The notes under the pieces were generated by a model. It was given only the letters and a program-made list of their open reading frames with translations. It made no database searches and had not been told where the DNA came from. From assembly GCA_963706735.1 (NCBI GenBank), contig CAVPNQ010000096.1, positions 2,368-66,367 on the forward strand: a stretch of 64,000 nucleotides of DNA, written 5' to 3'. Positions within the stretch are counted from its first letter, which is position 1. Each line of letters starts with the position of its first letter. The position numbers were made by a program, and so were the translations under genes. Source of the DNA: an uncultured Planctomycetia bacterium. Lineage in GTDB: Bacteria; Planctomycetota; MHYJ01; WSZJ01. Shown here in pieces: positions 8,857 to 18,860 of the stretch.

Positions 8857-8928
8857 GGCGGCAGAGGATTTGAACCTCTGACCTCCTGCGTGTCGAGCAG
8901 GCGTTCTAGCCAGCTGAACTAGCCGCCC
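8855..8928 (-). tRNA. tRNA-Val (anticodon GAC)
   Basis: The reverse complement folds as GGGCGGC-TA-GTTC-AGCTGGCTA-GAAC-G-CCTGC-TCGACAC-GCAGG-AGGTC-AGAGG-TTCAAAT-CCTCT-GCCGCCC-A. Confidence 0.9.
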
Positions 8929-8967
8929 CGGTAAGGCGCGGGATCCTACACGGCGTCGCGGAGACTG

Positions 8968-9876
8968 TCAAACGACCTCCGTCGAAGCGATGACCTTGAG
9001 CAGTTTGTCGCCGTAGCGGCGCAGCAGCGAGGGGGGGAACCCGGCCGCGCGCAGTTCCGCGTCCGTCGTCGGGTTCTTCTCGGCGATGGTGCCCATCATC
9101 CTGTTGCCGACGCTCATGAGAAGCGCAATGTGCCCCTTGTTGGCCATCTCGGTGCGCCAGTCCAGCAGCGCCCGGAGGCGCGCCCGGGCTTTCTTGTCCC
9201 GGTTCCGCCGCGAAAACCCTTCCTCGTACGGATGCGCCTTTGGCGGCTCGTAGGCTTTCACCGACGCCAGCATCGCCTTGATCCCCTCGCGCACCGCGTC
9301 GGTCTTGCCCGCCGCGGCGACGCGCTCGCCGAGCACGCGTGCGATTCCCGGGAGGACCCATGCGTCCAGCGCCCCGTACTTGAATTGCCCAGGGGACAAG
9401 GGCCGGACCCGCCAGTTCGACTGCTGGCTCCCCTTGGTCATCGTCACCATCAGGCATTCCCGCGCCAGCTCGCGCAGGTTCGGGCTCGGGAACGCCAGCA
9501 CCTGCGCCGCCACCAGCGTGTCGAAAACATTCTCCGCCAGGATCCCGTTCACCCGCTTGAGCACCGCCAGGTCCCCGATCCCTCCGTGAACGACGAGCAC
9601 ATGAAGCGGGCTCGCGTACAGCGCTTCGATGATCGGCTTGTACTCGAACGCCAGCGAGTCGATCAGCCACGCTTCTTTCCCGTCCGAGATCTGGATGAGG
9701 GCGATCTCGCAGTGGTGCTGGCCCGTGAGCGTGGTCTCGATGTCGAGCCCCCAGGGCTCCTGTCGGGCGATGATGCGCTCGCGGAGGCGCTCGCCCGACT
9801 CCGGGTCGGAGACCCAGTGGATGGGGAAGGGAAGGGTTTCCTTGAAGGATTCGGGGGGGGGAAAGGGGGTGGGCAC
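8968..9876 (-). CDS. rnd: ribonuclease D (DEDD 3'-5' exonuclease plus HRDC-like C-terminus)
   Basis: Exo I motif WGLDIETT, then DTLVAAQVL and YGALDAWVL motifs. The C-terminal region resembles HRDC (LLDWRTEMA...IAEKNPTTDAELRA). Confidence 0.8.
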   Translation of the reverse strand: MPTPFPPPESFKETLPFPIHWVSDPESGERLRERIIARQEPWGLDIETTLTGQHHCEIALIQISDGKEAWLIDSLAFEYKPIIEALYASPLHVLVVHGGIGDLAVLKRVNGILAENVFDTLVAAQVLAFPSPNLRELARECLMVTMTKGSQQSNWRVRPLSPGQFKYGALDAWVLPGIARVLGERVAAAGKTDAVREGIKAMLASVKAYEPPKAHPYEEGFSRRNRDKKARARLRALLDWRTEMANKGHIALLMSVGNRMMGTIAEKNPTTDAELRAAGFPPSLLRRYGDKLLKVIASTEVV

Positions 9877-10135
9877 AGGAGAGTTCTAGCAGATTCTCCA
9901 ACGATTGGTCAAAAGGCAGGGGCCAATGCGACGGGGGAGGCGTGAGTGAATGCCCCTTCACGGGGAGCCGAGGCCGGGATGATCCCGATCTGCACCGCCG
10001 TTTCGAAGCCTGGCAGGCAAAAAAACTATTGCTTGAACGGCGAGGGTTCAATCGTAAAATCTCACTCCTCAGGCATGGCTTCGCAGGGGGTGGGGTGGAG
10101 CCAACAAAATTCGCACTCGTTGAGGGGAACAAAAA

Positions 10136-11911
10136 ATGATGCATCGGCTGTTCGCGTGTCTGCTCGTGCTCGGCGCCTGCGCGAGTTCCGCCTCGGCGCA
10201 GTCGGTGATTTACGGCGAGAATTTTGACGGCGGTCCCGCCGGGACCTTGCCGGCTGGATGGTCTGCGGATGCGCCGACTGGCACGGTCGGCTGGTCGGTG
10301 GACGCCACTCCGGCCGTGGACGGCGTCACTTCCGGGATGCACACGTTCTCCGGAGGCTGCTACGCCTCCATTCCCAGCACCCCGATGCCGCCCCCCATGT
10401 TCGGCACGGCTCCGTTCACGCTCAATTTCAATAACGGCGTCAATACAGAGAGCGGCGGGCTTTACTCAGGAGGGGCAACCTCTCCCGTGGTCACGGTTTC
10501 CTCCCTGACAGGAGTGACTTTGACGTTCTGGTGTCGTCATGAGGGCCTGACCTGCGATGTGTCGCCGTCGGCCGCCGGATTCGGCAGCGATCAGAAGTTC
10601 GTCGAGATCCTCGATTCAACAGGCTCAACTGTCTTGCTCTCCGTCCAGATCTGCGTCGATGCCGATGGCGACGGCGCGGCTCCTTATACCTCGAGCAGCC
10701 CGCTGATCAACACCTGCTACGAGATGTTCTCTGCTCACACCCATACCCTCGACATCAGCGGAATCGCGGTCACATCGTTCCGCATCCGGTTCCGGGCGAA
10801 CGAAGTCGTGGAAAGCACCTTGGCCGCTACCCTCGGGCCGGACACGCTCTGGATGGGATGGTTCGTCGATTCGGTCTCCGTGAACTGCCCCACGGCCGAC
10901 CTCGCTGCTCCGACCATTCCCACGCAAATCGCGCCCGCTTCGGGGATCACCGTTGTTTCCCCTGTCGTGTTCGACTGGTCCGACTCGACAGATACGGCTC
11001 CCTGCGGCCCTGGCACCGTGGTGTACCGCCTCCAGATCGACAATCTGGGAACAGTCGGCTTTCCCGACTTCGATATCCTCGGCATTGGAGCCTCAACGGC
11101 AGCCCAGGCCCTTGCTCCGGGCAGCTACGAGTGGCGAGTGCTCGCGACCGACGGAAGCGGGAATTCCAGCGCGTTCACGGGTTTGTCACCGTTCGACGTT
11201 GAAGTCAACCTTCCACCGGATCTGGCCGACACGCTGTTTGTCAACGAGTCCATCAACGGGGCCCAGAATGGGGAACCGGGTTTTGTGGATCCCGTGACGG
11301 ACCAGGAGCCCGTGTTCAGCGCGATTTATCGTGACGCCAATGCGGCGCCGGATTTTGCCGCGGGCCTGCGTTACCAGGTTTCTCTCGACCCAACGTTTGC
11401 CACCTTCGTCTTCGATTCCGGGCTGGTCGGCCTCAGCCCGGTGCTGCCCGATGACACGCGTTGCCCGGATTTGACGATCAACGTCACGCTGTCTCGCGAT
11501 ACGGTGTACTTCTGGCGTATCCAGTTCACGGACGTTGGTGGAATCACCGGCGCGTTCAGCCCGGCCCAATCGTTCCGCATCGGAGATGACTTCGAATTCG
11601 GCGTCCGGAAGGGCTCGTCTCACCACGGTCGTCGTTGCTGGGTTGCGACCGCGGCGTGGGGTAGCGAGTCTTCGCGCGTGGTGACGGAGTTGCAGGCTTG
11701 GCGAAGCAGCGCACTCGAAGCTGTCCCCGTGGGCCGGATGGCTTCCCGCGCGTATCACGTCGGCGGAGCCGTGGCCGCCGAGGGGATGTCGAAGTTGGGC
11801 ATCGTCGAGGTGTTCAAATCACCCCTGACCGGCTCGCTAGCCTCGATCGCGATCATCGGCATGCTGTTCATCCTGGCGATCGGCGCATCCCGTTTCAGCG
11901 TCCGTAGCTAA
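10136..11911 (+). CDS. secreted repeat/Fn3-like protein with a C-terminal Cys-x-x-ATAAxGS box and membrane anchor
   Basis: Signal peptide MMHRLFACLLVLGACASSASA with an SD gagggga upstream. The C-terminus is CWVATAAWGSESSRVVTELQAWR followed by the TM helix SIAIIGMLFILAIGA, resembling the recurrent CFxATAAYGS-type C-terminal sorting box (family name recalled, not verified). Confidence 0.7.
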   Translation: MMHRLFACLLVLGACASSASAQSVIYGENFDGGPAGTLPAGWSADAPTGTVGWSVDATPAVDGVTSGMHTFSGGCYASIPSTPMPPPMFGTAPFTLNFNNGVNTESGGLYSGGATSPVVTVSSLTGVTLTFWCRHEGLTCDVSPSAAGFGSDQKFVEILDSTGSTVLLSVQICVDADGDGAAPYTSSSPLINTCYEMFSAHTHTLDISGIAVTSFRIRFRANEVVESTLAATLGPDTLWMGWFVDSVSVNCPTADLAAPTIPTQIAPASGITVVSPVVFDWSDSTDTAPCGPGTVVYRLQIDNLGTVGFPDFDILGIGASTAAQALAPGSYEWRVLATDGSGNSSAFTGLSPFDVEVNLPPDLADTLFVNESINGAQNGEPGFVDPVTDQEPVFSAIYRDANAAPDFAAGLRYQVSLDPTFATFVFDSGLVGLSPVLPDDTRCPDLTINVTLSRDTVYFWRIQFTDVGGITGAFSPAQSFRIGDDFEFGVRKGSSHHGRRCWVATAAWGSESSRVVTELQAWRSSALEAVPVGRMASRAYHVGGAVAAEGMSKLGIVEVFKSPLTGSLASIAIIGMLFILAIGASRFSVRS

Positions 11912-11976
11912 ACAAGTCCTTCTCGAATCGCGGGCCGCCCTCCTTGGGGCGGCCCGCGGTGTTTAGGGGGATCGAA

Positions 11977-13884
11977 TTGAAGAAAAGGGCAGGAATCACG
12001 CTCAGGTCGGCGGGCGCGATCGTTGCAGCCTTCGCCCTCGCCGGCGTTTCCCGGGGAGAAGATGCCATCGGTCCAGAGAAGGAACCTCCCTCCGACGGTG
12101 CGGACCTGGAAGGGTCCATTCTTCCGAGAGGCGCATTTGCGCGATTCGGCACGATTCGTTTCCGGAACTCTTCTTCCGCGAAATCCGTGCATTTTGCGGG
12201 ACCCGACGTGATTTTCTCCGTGCTGCCGGATAAAGTCCTTTCGTTTCTGGATTGGCCCTCCGGGAAGCGGAGATTGCGGGTCCTGCTGGACGGGACGGCT
12301 ATTGCGTGTGCCGCGCCGAACAGGCCGGGAAACCTGGTGCTGGTCGCGCTGACAGACGGGCACGTGACGGTAGTGAGCGTGGCGACAGGCAAGAAGGTCT
12401 CCGGGTTTCGGTCGGGCGGAGGTGTGACCCGTTCGATGGCGGTATCGCCCGACGGGAAACTCGTTGCGTGTGCGGGTGACGACGGAGCGGTCCGCATCGT
12501 TCGAATTGAAACCGGCACGGAGCAGAAGGCTCTGGTCGTCGGTTCGTCTCGGCTGGCGGGAGTCAGCTGGGCGAGTTCGGGAGCGATCGCGGCGGTCGAT
12601 TCCGATGGGGTCGTGGCGGCATGGAACGGCACGTTTGATCCGGTCGGGCGTTTCCAGGCTCCGCCGGGCACCACGCTGATTGCGGCTTCTCCCACCGGTG
12701 ACATCATCTGGGTCGCCGGCAGGAATCCTGGAGTTGGCGGATGGGATGCGAAGAACGGCAAGCGGAATTCCCTGCTTGAGACCGGCGAAGAGGAAACCGC
12801 GAGCCTGGCCCTGTCACCGGACGGCTCTGTCCTGGTCGCTGGAGGAGCTCGTGGCAACGTGAGGGCCTGGGAGTCCCAGAGCCTGAAGAAGCTCTTCACC
12901 TTCGACAGCCGCGTCGGCCGCGTCACGGGAGTCGCCTTCGCGCCCGACGGCAAGTCCATCGTTTCCGTTGGAGAGGACCGGGAGGTCCTGGTCCAGGATT
13001 GCCGAACGGGCGCGAAAATCGCGCCTCAGCCTGGGCACGCGGAAACAGTGACTTGCCTGGACCTGTCCCCGGACGGAAAGCGGCTGGCCACGGGATCGGC
13101 GGATCGGCAAGTCATGGTTTGGGACGCAAACACATCGAAGTTCCTTCTCGCGCTTCCGCGGCTGCCGGATTCCGTCAACGCGCTCGACTGGACGCCGGAC
13201 GGGACCCACCTCGTCATCGGGTGCGGCAAGCGGCTCGCTGTCTGTACCGCGGCGGCCACCGCGACGCCGAAGTTGTTCGAGACGGGGGCGGGAGCGATCC
13301 GTGGGGTTTCCTGTCTCCCCGGTCGCGGTGTCCTCACGGGCGGGACCGACACCATGATTCGCCTGCTGGACCCGACGTCAGGCCAGGTCCTATCGGAATT
13401 TGCAGGGCACTCCAGCATGGTGCGTGGCGTGGCCTCCGATTCCCAGGGGAGGCGCTTCGCCAGCGCGGGCGCCGACGGACGCGCGGCGATCTGGTCGCAG
13501 CCGGACGGCAAGCCACTCTGGCTCGACGCGGTGCGTGGCCCGTACACCTGCGCGGTTTTTTCCGCGGACGGCAAGCGGCTGGCGACGGGATCCGGTGACG
13601 CCTGCGTGCGGATCTGGGACGTCGAAACTGGAAAGTTGCAGCTCCTCGTGCGCGGGTTCGACGGGGAAATCCTGGGCATTGCCCTCTCGCCCGACGGAAC
13701 TCGCCTGGCCGCGAGCACAGTCGGGAATTCCGTGCGGGTCTGCGATTCCACGCGCGGCGCGGAGATCGCCGTATTCCATGGGCTTGGAGGGGAAGTCCGC
13801 GGTGTGTGCTGGGGAAGCGACTCGGACACCCTGTATTCAGCCATGTTCGAAACGACGGCGATCGGATGGAGGATCGCGAAATGA
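11977..13884 (+). CDS. WD40-repeat beta-propeller protein with signal peptide
   Basis: There are many WD-like repeats (GHxxxVxxLxxSPDGxxLATGSxDxxVRIWD). The proposed TTG start at 11977, 6 nt after aggggg, gives the signal-like MKKRAGITLRSAGAIVAAFALAG. The track start at 11944 is also TTG. Confidence 0.8.
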   Translation: MKKRAGITLRSAGAIVAAFALAGVSRGEDAIGPEKEPPSDGADLEGSILPRGAFARFGTIRFRNSSSAKSVHFAGPDVIFSVLPDKVLSFLDWPSGKRRLRVLLDGTAIACAAPNRPGNLVLVALTDGHVTVVSVATGKKVSGFRSGGGVTRSMAVSPDGKLVACAGDDGAVRIVRIETGTEQKALVVGSSRLAGVSWASSGAIAAVDSDGVVAAWNGTFDPVGRFQAPPGTTLIAASPTGDIIWVAGRNPGVGGWDAKNGKRNSLLETGEEETASLALSPDGSVLVAGGARGNVRAWESQSLKKLFTFDSRVGRVTGVAFAPDGKSIVSVGEDREVLVQDCRTGAKIAPQPGHAETVTCLDLSPDGKRLATGSADRQVMVWDANTSKFLLALPRLPDSVNALDWTPDGTHLVIGCGKRLAVCTAAATATPKLFETGAGAIRGVSCLPGRGVLTGGTDTMIRLLDPTSGQVLSEFAGHSSMVRGVASDSQGRRFASAGADGRAAIWSQPDGKPLWLDAVRGPYTCAVFSADGKRLATGSGDACVRIWDVETGKLQLLVRGFDGEILGIALSPDGTRLAASTVGNSVRVCDSTRGAEIAVFHGLGGEVRGVCWGSDSDTLYSAMFETTAIGWRIAK

Positions 13885-15326
13885 CCTCATCCCGGCGGTG
13901 GCTCGTGGTGCTGTCGATTGCGTCCCTTTTCGCATCTCGCTGGCTTCTGCGTGGTGAAGACGGCCCCGTGCCCGCTCCCGAGCTTCGTCCCTGGTCCGAA
14001 TCCAGGCTTGAGTGGGAATGGAGGTGCCGGGCGGTCGTGCAGCGGCCGGCCGTCGCGGAGTTCACCGCAGGTGAAAAGAAGCTCCCGGTCGAAGGCCGCA
14101 TTGCGCTTCTCGTGGTCGCGGCCGCCGGTGCCGACCCGGGAGATCTGTTGCAGGCTGCCCAGGAGCTGGCGAAGCCGTCGCCGCTGGTGGACGTGGCCTG
14201 GGTTGCTCCGGACGAGGCCACCGCGGGGGTGTTGCAAAAATCCGGCGCCCGGGGCGTGCGGGGAGCGGTCGTCCCGGAAGTCTGCGACCTGGTCAGTCCC
14301 GAACTCCGGCCGGCCCTGCTCGTCGTCGCTCCGGACCGGAAAATCGCCTTCGTCCATCCCGCCGGTCCCTCGTGGGACGCGCAATCCGTGGCCGACGAGC
14401 TGGCGATGCTGCGGCGGATCGCCGATCCGAAGTCGCCGCCGGTCGCGCCGCCGGCCCCCACGAGCGAATTCCGGGGCGCACTCGCCTGCGCCGCCTGCCA
14501 TCGTTCGGAGTTTGCCGACTGGCTGCTAACCCCGCACTCCGTCGCCGTGGACGAGCTTTCCCTGCTCGGCAAGGACACCGACGCCTCGTGCCTGCCCTGC
14601 CATGTCGCGGGCTGGAACCAGAAGGGCGGTTATGCAACCCCCGGGGCCGATCGGAGGCTCTCGCACGTGCAGTGCGAGACCTGCCACGATCCCCAACGCA
14701 CGCACGCCGGCGACAAGCGCCTGCGACGTGAAGAATACGCAGCGCGCTGCCGGACGTGCCACACGCCTTCAGCATCGATCGCCCCTGACATCGCCATGTC
14801 CATTCCCTCGGTCAGCCATCCGAACGCCGCCAATGCCGACAAGATCACCTGGGAGTTCCGTGACCACGCGATCGAGACTTTCCGGGAAAACACGTATTTC
14901 CAGTACTGCTCCAAAACAGCCTATGTCGGTTCCGAGTCGTGCAAGTCCTGCCACGAAGCCGCCCATAAGCAGTGGGGCGATTCACCCCACGCCGGCGCAT
15001 TCGAAACGCTTCGCAAGGCGAAGAAAGAACGCGAAGCGGGTTGCGTCCCGTGCCATACCACCGGCTTCGGGCACGAAGGCGGCTTCCAGGACGAAAAGTC
15101 CACGCCTGCCGTGGCTCACGTGGGGTGCGAGTCCTGCCATGGTCCCGGGAAAATGCACAACGAAGCCAAGACCCGCGAAGAGCGGTTGTCGTCGATATTC
15201 AGATTCGACGAGAAGTGCCCCACCTGCGTCGTCCAGCGGATCTGCCGGACGTGCCATACGTCCGAGCACGACCCGGACTTCAGCCTCTCCAAGGCGCTGG
15301 AGAAGATCCGCCACGGGAACCGATAA
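13881..15326 (+). CDS. octahaem c-type cytochrome with an N-terminal thioredoxin-fold-like region
   Basis: Eight CxxCH motifs (CAACH, CLPCH, CETCH, CRTCH, CKSCH, CVPCH, CESCH, CRTCH) form two tetrahaem-like halves. ATG at 13881 overlaps the WD40 stop (ATGA). N-terminal signal/TM segment RRWLVVLSIASLF. Confidence 0.85.
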   Translation: MTSSRRWLVVLSIASLFASRWLLRGEDGPVPAPELRPWSESRLEWEWRCRAVVQRPAVAEFTAGEKKLPVEGRIALLVVAAAGADPGDLLQAAQELAKPSPLVDVAWVAPDEATAGVLQKSGARGVRGAVVPEVCDLVSPELRPALLVVAPDRKIAFVHPAGPSWDAQSVADELAMLRRIADPKSPPVAPPAPTSEFRGALACAACHRSEFADWLLTPHSVAVDELSLLGKDTDASCLPCHVAGWNQKGGYATPGADRRLSHVQCETCHDPQRTHAGDKRLRREEYAARCRTCHTPSASIAPDIAMSIPSVSHPNAANADKITWEFRDHAIETFRENTYFQYCSKTAYVGSESCKSCHEAAHKQWGDSPHAGAFETLRKAKKEREAGCVPCHTTGFGHEGGFQDEKSTPAVAHVGCESCHGPGKMHNEAKTREERLSSIFRFDEKCPTCVVQRICRTCHTSEHDPDFSLSKALEKIRHGNR

Positions 15327-15776
15327 TCAGGCGGTTGGCTCCCCGGAACGACCTTCCACCGCCGGCGGCAGCAACCCCTTCTTCCTCAGCCTCTCCTCCG
15401 CCTCCGGGTCGTGAATGAAGTACGTCCCGAACTCGATGGCGTCGAATTCGTTCAGCTCGCCCGCGCGCAGCCGCAGCCCCGGCACGAACTGCTGGATCGC
15501 CTCCTCCACCTTAGCGATAAACCCCTCGAACTTCGCTTCCGGAAGCACCACGTGCGCCGTCACCAGGTCGTTGGCCTCGGCCTGGGCGATGAAGTGCATG
15601 GCCTCGATGCGGCCGTCGAGGCGGCGCTTGGAGACGACGCGCCAGCAAAGGCGGGAGCCTTTGTGCTCGGCCCAGTCGGTGGAAGCGACGCGGTGGATGG
15701 CCTCGCCCTTGCGCATGTGGAGGGCGGCCTTGCGGGGGCCGTCGGGTCGCGGGGGGAAGGCGGGGGGTTGCATCAT
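15327..15776 (-). CDS. hypothetical protein
   Basis: 149-aa ORF whose ATG overlaps the stop of the upstream dehydrogenase gene (ATGA). No motif recognised and the start is uncertain. Confidence 0.45.
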   Translation of the reverse strand: MMQPPAFPPRPDGPRKAALHMRKGEAIHRVASTDWAEHKGSRLCWRVVSKRRLDGRIEAMHFIAQAEANDLVTAHVVLPEAKFEGFIAKVEEAIQQFVPGLRLRAGELNEFDAIEFGTYFIHDPEAEERLRKKGLLPPAVEGRSGEPTA

Positions 15777-16801
15777 GGGACGAGGACGATCTTACCGAGA
15801 TTCTGGCGCGCTTCCATGCGGCGGTGGGCGTCGGCGGCCTGGGCCAGCGGGAAGGTGCGGTCGACGACGGGGCGGGCCTTGCCGTGGGCGATGAGGCGAA
15901 GGGCCTCGATGAGTTCCCAGCGGGAGCCCATGTAGGCGCCGAGGATGGAGACCTCGGGGACGTAGAGGGAGCGGAGGGGCATGGTGAACTGCTTTCCGGC
16001 GGTCGCCCCGCAGCAGACGACGCGGCCGCCGCGGGCGCAGAGGGCGGCGGCGGCGGCGGTGAAGTCGCCGCCGACGTGGTCGACGACGAGGTCGGCGCCG
16101 CGGCCGCCGGTGAGCCGGCGGACTTCGTCGCCGATGTTTTTATTTGAAGAGCTGTCCAGCGCTTCCCATGCCCCCAGCTTCTTCGCCAGCGCGACTTTCT
16201 CCGGGCCGCCCGCGGCGGCGATGACGCGGGCGCCGGCCGCGGCGGCGAGCTGGACCGCGGCGATGCCGACGCCGCCGGCGGCGCCCGGGACGTGGACGGT
16301 CTCGCCGGGGCGGAGGTGGCCGCGGGTGAAGAGCATGTGCCAGGCGGTGAGGAAGACGAGCGGGATCGAGGCGGCCTCGGGGAACGGCATGCCGGGAGGG
16401 ATGGGGAGGCAATTGCGCGCGGGGACGACGGTGTGAGTGGCGAAGGTGCCCTGCGTCTGGAAGCCGTGGATGCGGAACGAGGGGCAGCGCGATTCGTGGC
16501 CCGCAAGGCAGTCGGGGCAGGAGCCGCAGGAGAGGCCGGGGGCGATCATGACGGCATCTCCCGGCTGGACGGCCGTCACGCCGGGGCCCACGGCCTCCAC
16601 GATCCCCGCGCCATCGCAGCCGCCGATGTGCGGCATCGGGATCTGTGCGCCCAGGCCGATCCTCACCCAGATGTCCAGGTGGTTCAGCGCGGCCGCGCGC
16701 ACAGCCACGCGCACTTCGCCGGGCCCGGGTTGCGGGTCGGGCAGTTCCGCGGCCTCGAGAACCTCCGGGCCGCCGTGCTGGCGAAACACGATGGCCTTCA
16801 C
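15773..16801 (-). CDS. zinc-type alcohol dehydrogenase / quinone oxidoreductase (MDR superfamily)
   Basis: 342 aa. GroES-like N-terminus (MKAIVFRQHGGPEVLE...), a Cys-rich zinc region (GLSCGSCPDCLAGHESRC) and a Rossmann GAAGGVGIAAVQLA. Confidence 0.85.
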   Translation of the reverse strand: MKAIVFRQHGGPEVLEAAELPDPQPGPGEVRVAVRAAALNHLDIWVRIGLGAQIPMPHIGGCDGAGIVEAVGPGVTAVQPGDAVMIAPGLSCGSCPDCLAGHESRCPSFRIHGFQTQGTFATHTVVPARNCLPIPPGMPFPEAASIPLVFLTAWHMLFTRGHLRPGETVHVPGAAGGVGIAAVQLAAAAGARVIAAAGGPEKVALAKKLGAWEALDSSSNKNIGDEVRRLTGGRGADLVVDHVGGDFTAAAAALCARGGRVVCCGATAGKQFTMPLRSLYVPEVSILGAYMGSRWELIEALRLIAHGKARPVVDRTFPLAQAADAHRRMEARQNLGKIVLVP

Positions 16802-16832
16802 TGAAACCCCCAGGACATGAGGACCGCGAACT

Positions 16833-17189
16833 TTAACCCTGCTTCGCCACCCCGATCTGGATCGACCGGATCACGACCTCAATCACCATCGAGTCGTCGA
16901 AGAAACCGATCACCTGCGTCTTGTCCGGGATCACGTCCTTCCCGTTCAGCAGGTACAGCAGCCCCGCCGCCACGATCGCATCCACGCCCTTCTTCTTCTT
17001 CCACCGATCCTCGTGCAGCACGCTCGCCAGCCACTCCACGTCCGACTTCAGGCGCTTCGGCATCGCCTTGGACCGCAGCTTCTTCGGCAACCCCTTCTCA
17101 ATCGTCTTCTTCGCCGCTTCCAGCTGCCGGTCGTCGCGCGGGTAATACGGGGACTCCACGAGCTCTTCGAGCGTCTGGATGGTGGGCAT
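16833..17189 (-). CDS. DUF1232 (YkvA-like) family protein
   Basis: Only the last 118 aa of the 617-aa track ORF look like protein (KGVDAIVAAGLLYLLNGKDVIPDKTQVIGFFDDSMVIEVVI). An alternative ATG lies at 17219. Confidence 0.6.
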   Translation of the reverse strand: MPTIQTLEELVESPYYPRDDRQLEAAKKTIEKGLPKKLRSKAMPKRLKSDVEWLASVLHEDRWKKKKGVDAIVAAGLLYLLNGKDVIPDKTQVIGFFDDSMVIEVVIRSIQIGVAKQG

Positions 17190-17242
17190 GGGGGAGATGA
17201 TAGGAAGCGGCTGCCGCATTGAGAAGAAAAGGGGCGGCGGGG

Positions 17243-18799
17243 TTATTTTTCGGGAAGGGCGTCGGCGAGGGCGCTGAAGGGGATGGGGCCGAGGGAGAGG
17301 AGGCGGTCGTGAAAGGCGCGCTCGTCGAACTTCGGGCCGAGGCGGTTCTTTTCGGAGGCGAGGAGGCGATCGAAGCGGTCGCGGCCGACGATGTAACCGG
17401 AGTAGTAGCCGGGGGAGGCGAGGTAGCGGGAGACCTCCATTTCGGCGCTGGGGCGTTCCATGCCGACGCTTTCGACGAGGAGGCGGACGGCTTCGTCCTT
17501 CGTCATGCCGCCGAAGTTGCAGCCGACGTCGATGATGACGCGGGCGCAGCGCCAGAGGCGCATCTTGAGCTGGGTGAGGCGGGTGCGGTCGTCGTAGTAG
17601 CCGTGGCGGGCCATGAGTTCCTCGCAGTAGAGGCCCCAGCCCTCGACGTACGCGGGGTTGTAGAACCATTTCGGGACGTCGCGGTCGCGGCGGGCGGCGA
17701 TCGCGAACTGCAGGTGGTGACCGGGGATGGCCTCGTGGAGGGAGACGACGCGGATCCAGAAGCGGTTGTTCCCGCGCAGGACTTCCTCCTGCTCGGCCTT
17801 CTTGAGGCGGGTGACCGGTGAAACGACGTACACGCCCTTGAGTTCCGGGTCGGCGGGATCGAGCGGGCGGTAGTACCCGTAGGGCGTGCGGTCGTCCTTG
17901 TCGCCCCATTCGGCGCGCACGTGCGAGGCCCAGTCGGGGACGGTCACGAACCCTTCCTTCTTCACGAACGCTGCCGCGCGCTCCATTTCCGCCCGGCACG
18001 TGTCGAGCAGCTGTTCCGCGTCCGGGTGGTCGAGGCGCAGGTCGGCGGCGATCTCCCGCCACGTGCGGGCCGCGTCGATCTTCTTCGCGACCGCGGCGAG
18101 CTCGACCTCGGTCTCCCGGAAAAGGCGCTTCCCCAGGGCGAGAATATCGGAAGGGGAGTCGTCGATGCCGACCTCCCAGCGGAAGTAATGGACGAATTCG
18201 CGCCAGCGGAGGTCGCGGGCGCGGCGCTCGGTGCGGCGGTCGGCGAGTCTGCTGCGTTCGGAGAGGAAGCGGAGGAGGGCGGCGAAGGCGGGGAGTCTGG
18301 GGCGGCGGGGGTGTTTCTCGATGGACTTGAACAGGGGTGAGAGAGCTTCGTCGTTGCGGCGGGCGTCTTCGCGGTCGATGTGCTCGAGGGCGGCGCGGGC
18401 GTCCTTTGAAGCGGCTTCGAGGCGGGCGAGGAAGGTGGCTTCCGCGGGGGTGCCGAGGGCGGCATCGGCTTCGGCGGCGTCGGGGAGCCAGGCGGAGACG
18501 TCGCGGTGCTCGAGGTCGAGTTCGGTCCAGGCCTCGAGGTGCTGGCGCAGTCGGTGCTTCATCAGGGAGAGGTCGAGCCGTTGCGGGCCGGACAGAGTCG
18601 CTTCGTCGAACCCGGTCTCCAGCGACGAGAGGAATTCCTCGGCTTCTTCGACTTCGGCGGCGCGGAGGTGGCCGCGTGCGTGCCACGCGCTGCCGCCGAG
18701 TTCACGGGCGCGGCGGGCGAGGTTCTCCGCGGCGTCGCCGGGGGGCGCCGCGAGGGCAGGGAGGGCGAGAAGGGCGAGCAGGAACCAGGTCCGGCGCAT
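17243..18799 (-). CDS. DUF885 family secreted protein (metallopeptidase-like HExxH-variant HEAIPGHH)
   Basis: ATG at 18799 gives the signal peptide MRRTWFLLALLALPALAAP. The HEAIPGHHLQ and YVEGWGLYCE motifs are typical of DUF885. Confidence 0.75.
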   Translation of the reverse strand: MRRTWFLLALLALPALAAPPGDAAENLARRARELGGSAWHARGHLRAAEVEEAEEFLSSLETGFDEATLSGPQRLDLSLMKHRLRQHLEAWTELDLEHRDVSAWLPDAAEADAALGTPAEATFLARLEAASKDARAALEHIDREDARRNDEALSPLFKSIEKHPRRPRLPAFAALLRFLSERSRLADRRTERRARDLRWREFVHYFRWEVGIDDSPSDILALGKRLFRETEVELAAVAKKIDAARTWREIAADLRLDHPDAEQLLDTCRAEMERAAAFVKKEGFVTVPDWASHVRAEWGDKDDRTPYGYYRPLDPADPELKGVYVVSPVTRLKKAEQEEVLRGNNRFWIRVVSLHEAIPGHHLQFAIAARRDRDVPKWFYNPAYVEGWGLYCEELMARHGYYDDRTRLTQLKMRLWRCARVIIDVGCNFGGMTKDEAVRLLVESVGMERPSAEMEVSRYLASPGYYSGYIVGRDRFDRLLASEKNRLGPKFDERAFHDRLLSLGPIPFSALADALPEK

Positions 18800-18860
18800 T
18801 TGGAGAAGTGTACGAAACCTCGCGGATGGGGAGCCTCGCCCTTTGTTAACATCCCGCCCC

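Noticed and set aside
8576-8922. Several 80-107-aa ORFs on both strands containing PSTPRLPASG.
   Set aside because: They read through the 31-bp inverted repeat and the tRNA-Val gene. The repeated peptide is an artefact of translating the two repeat arms.
16833-18686. 617-aa ORF reading through the DUF885 gene region.
   Set aside because: Only the last 118 codons encode a recognisable DUF1232 protein. The upstream part is Pro/Arg-rich and overlaps the well-supported DUF885 gene (17243..18799) on the same strand in another frame.
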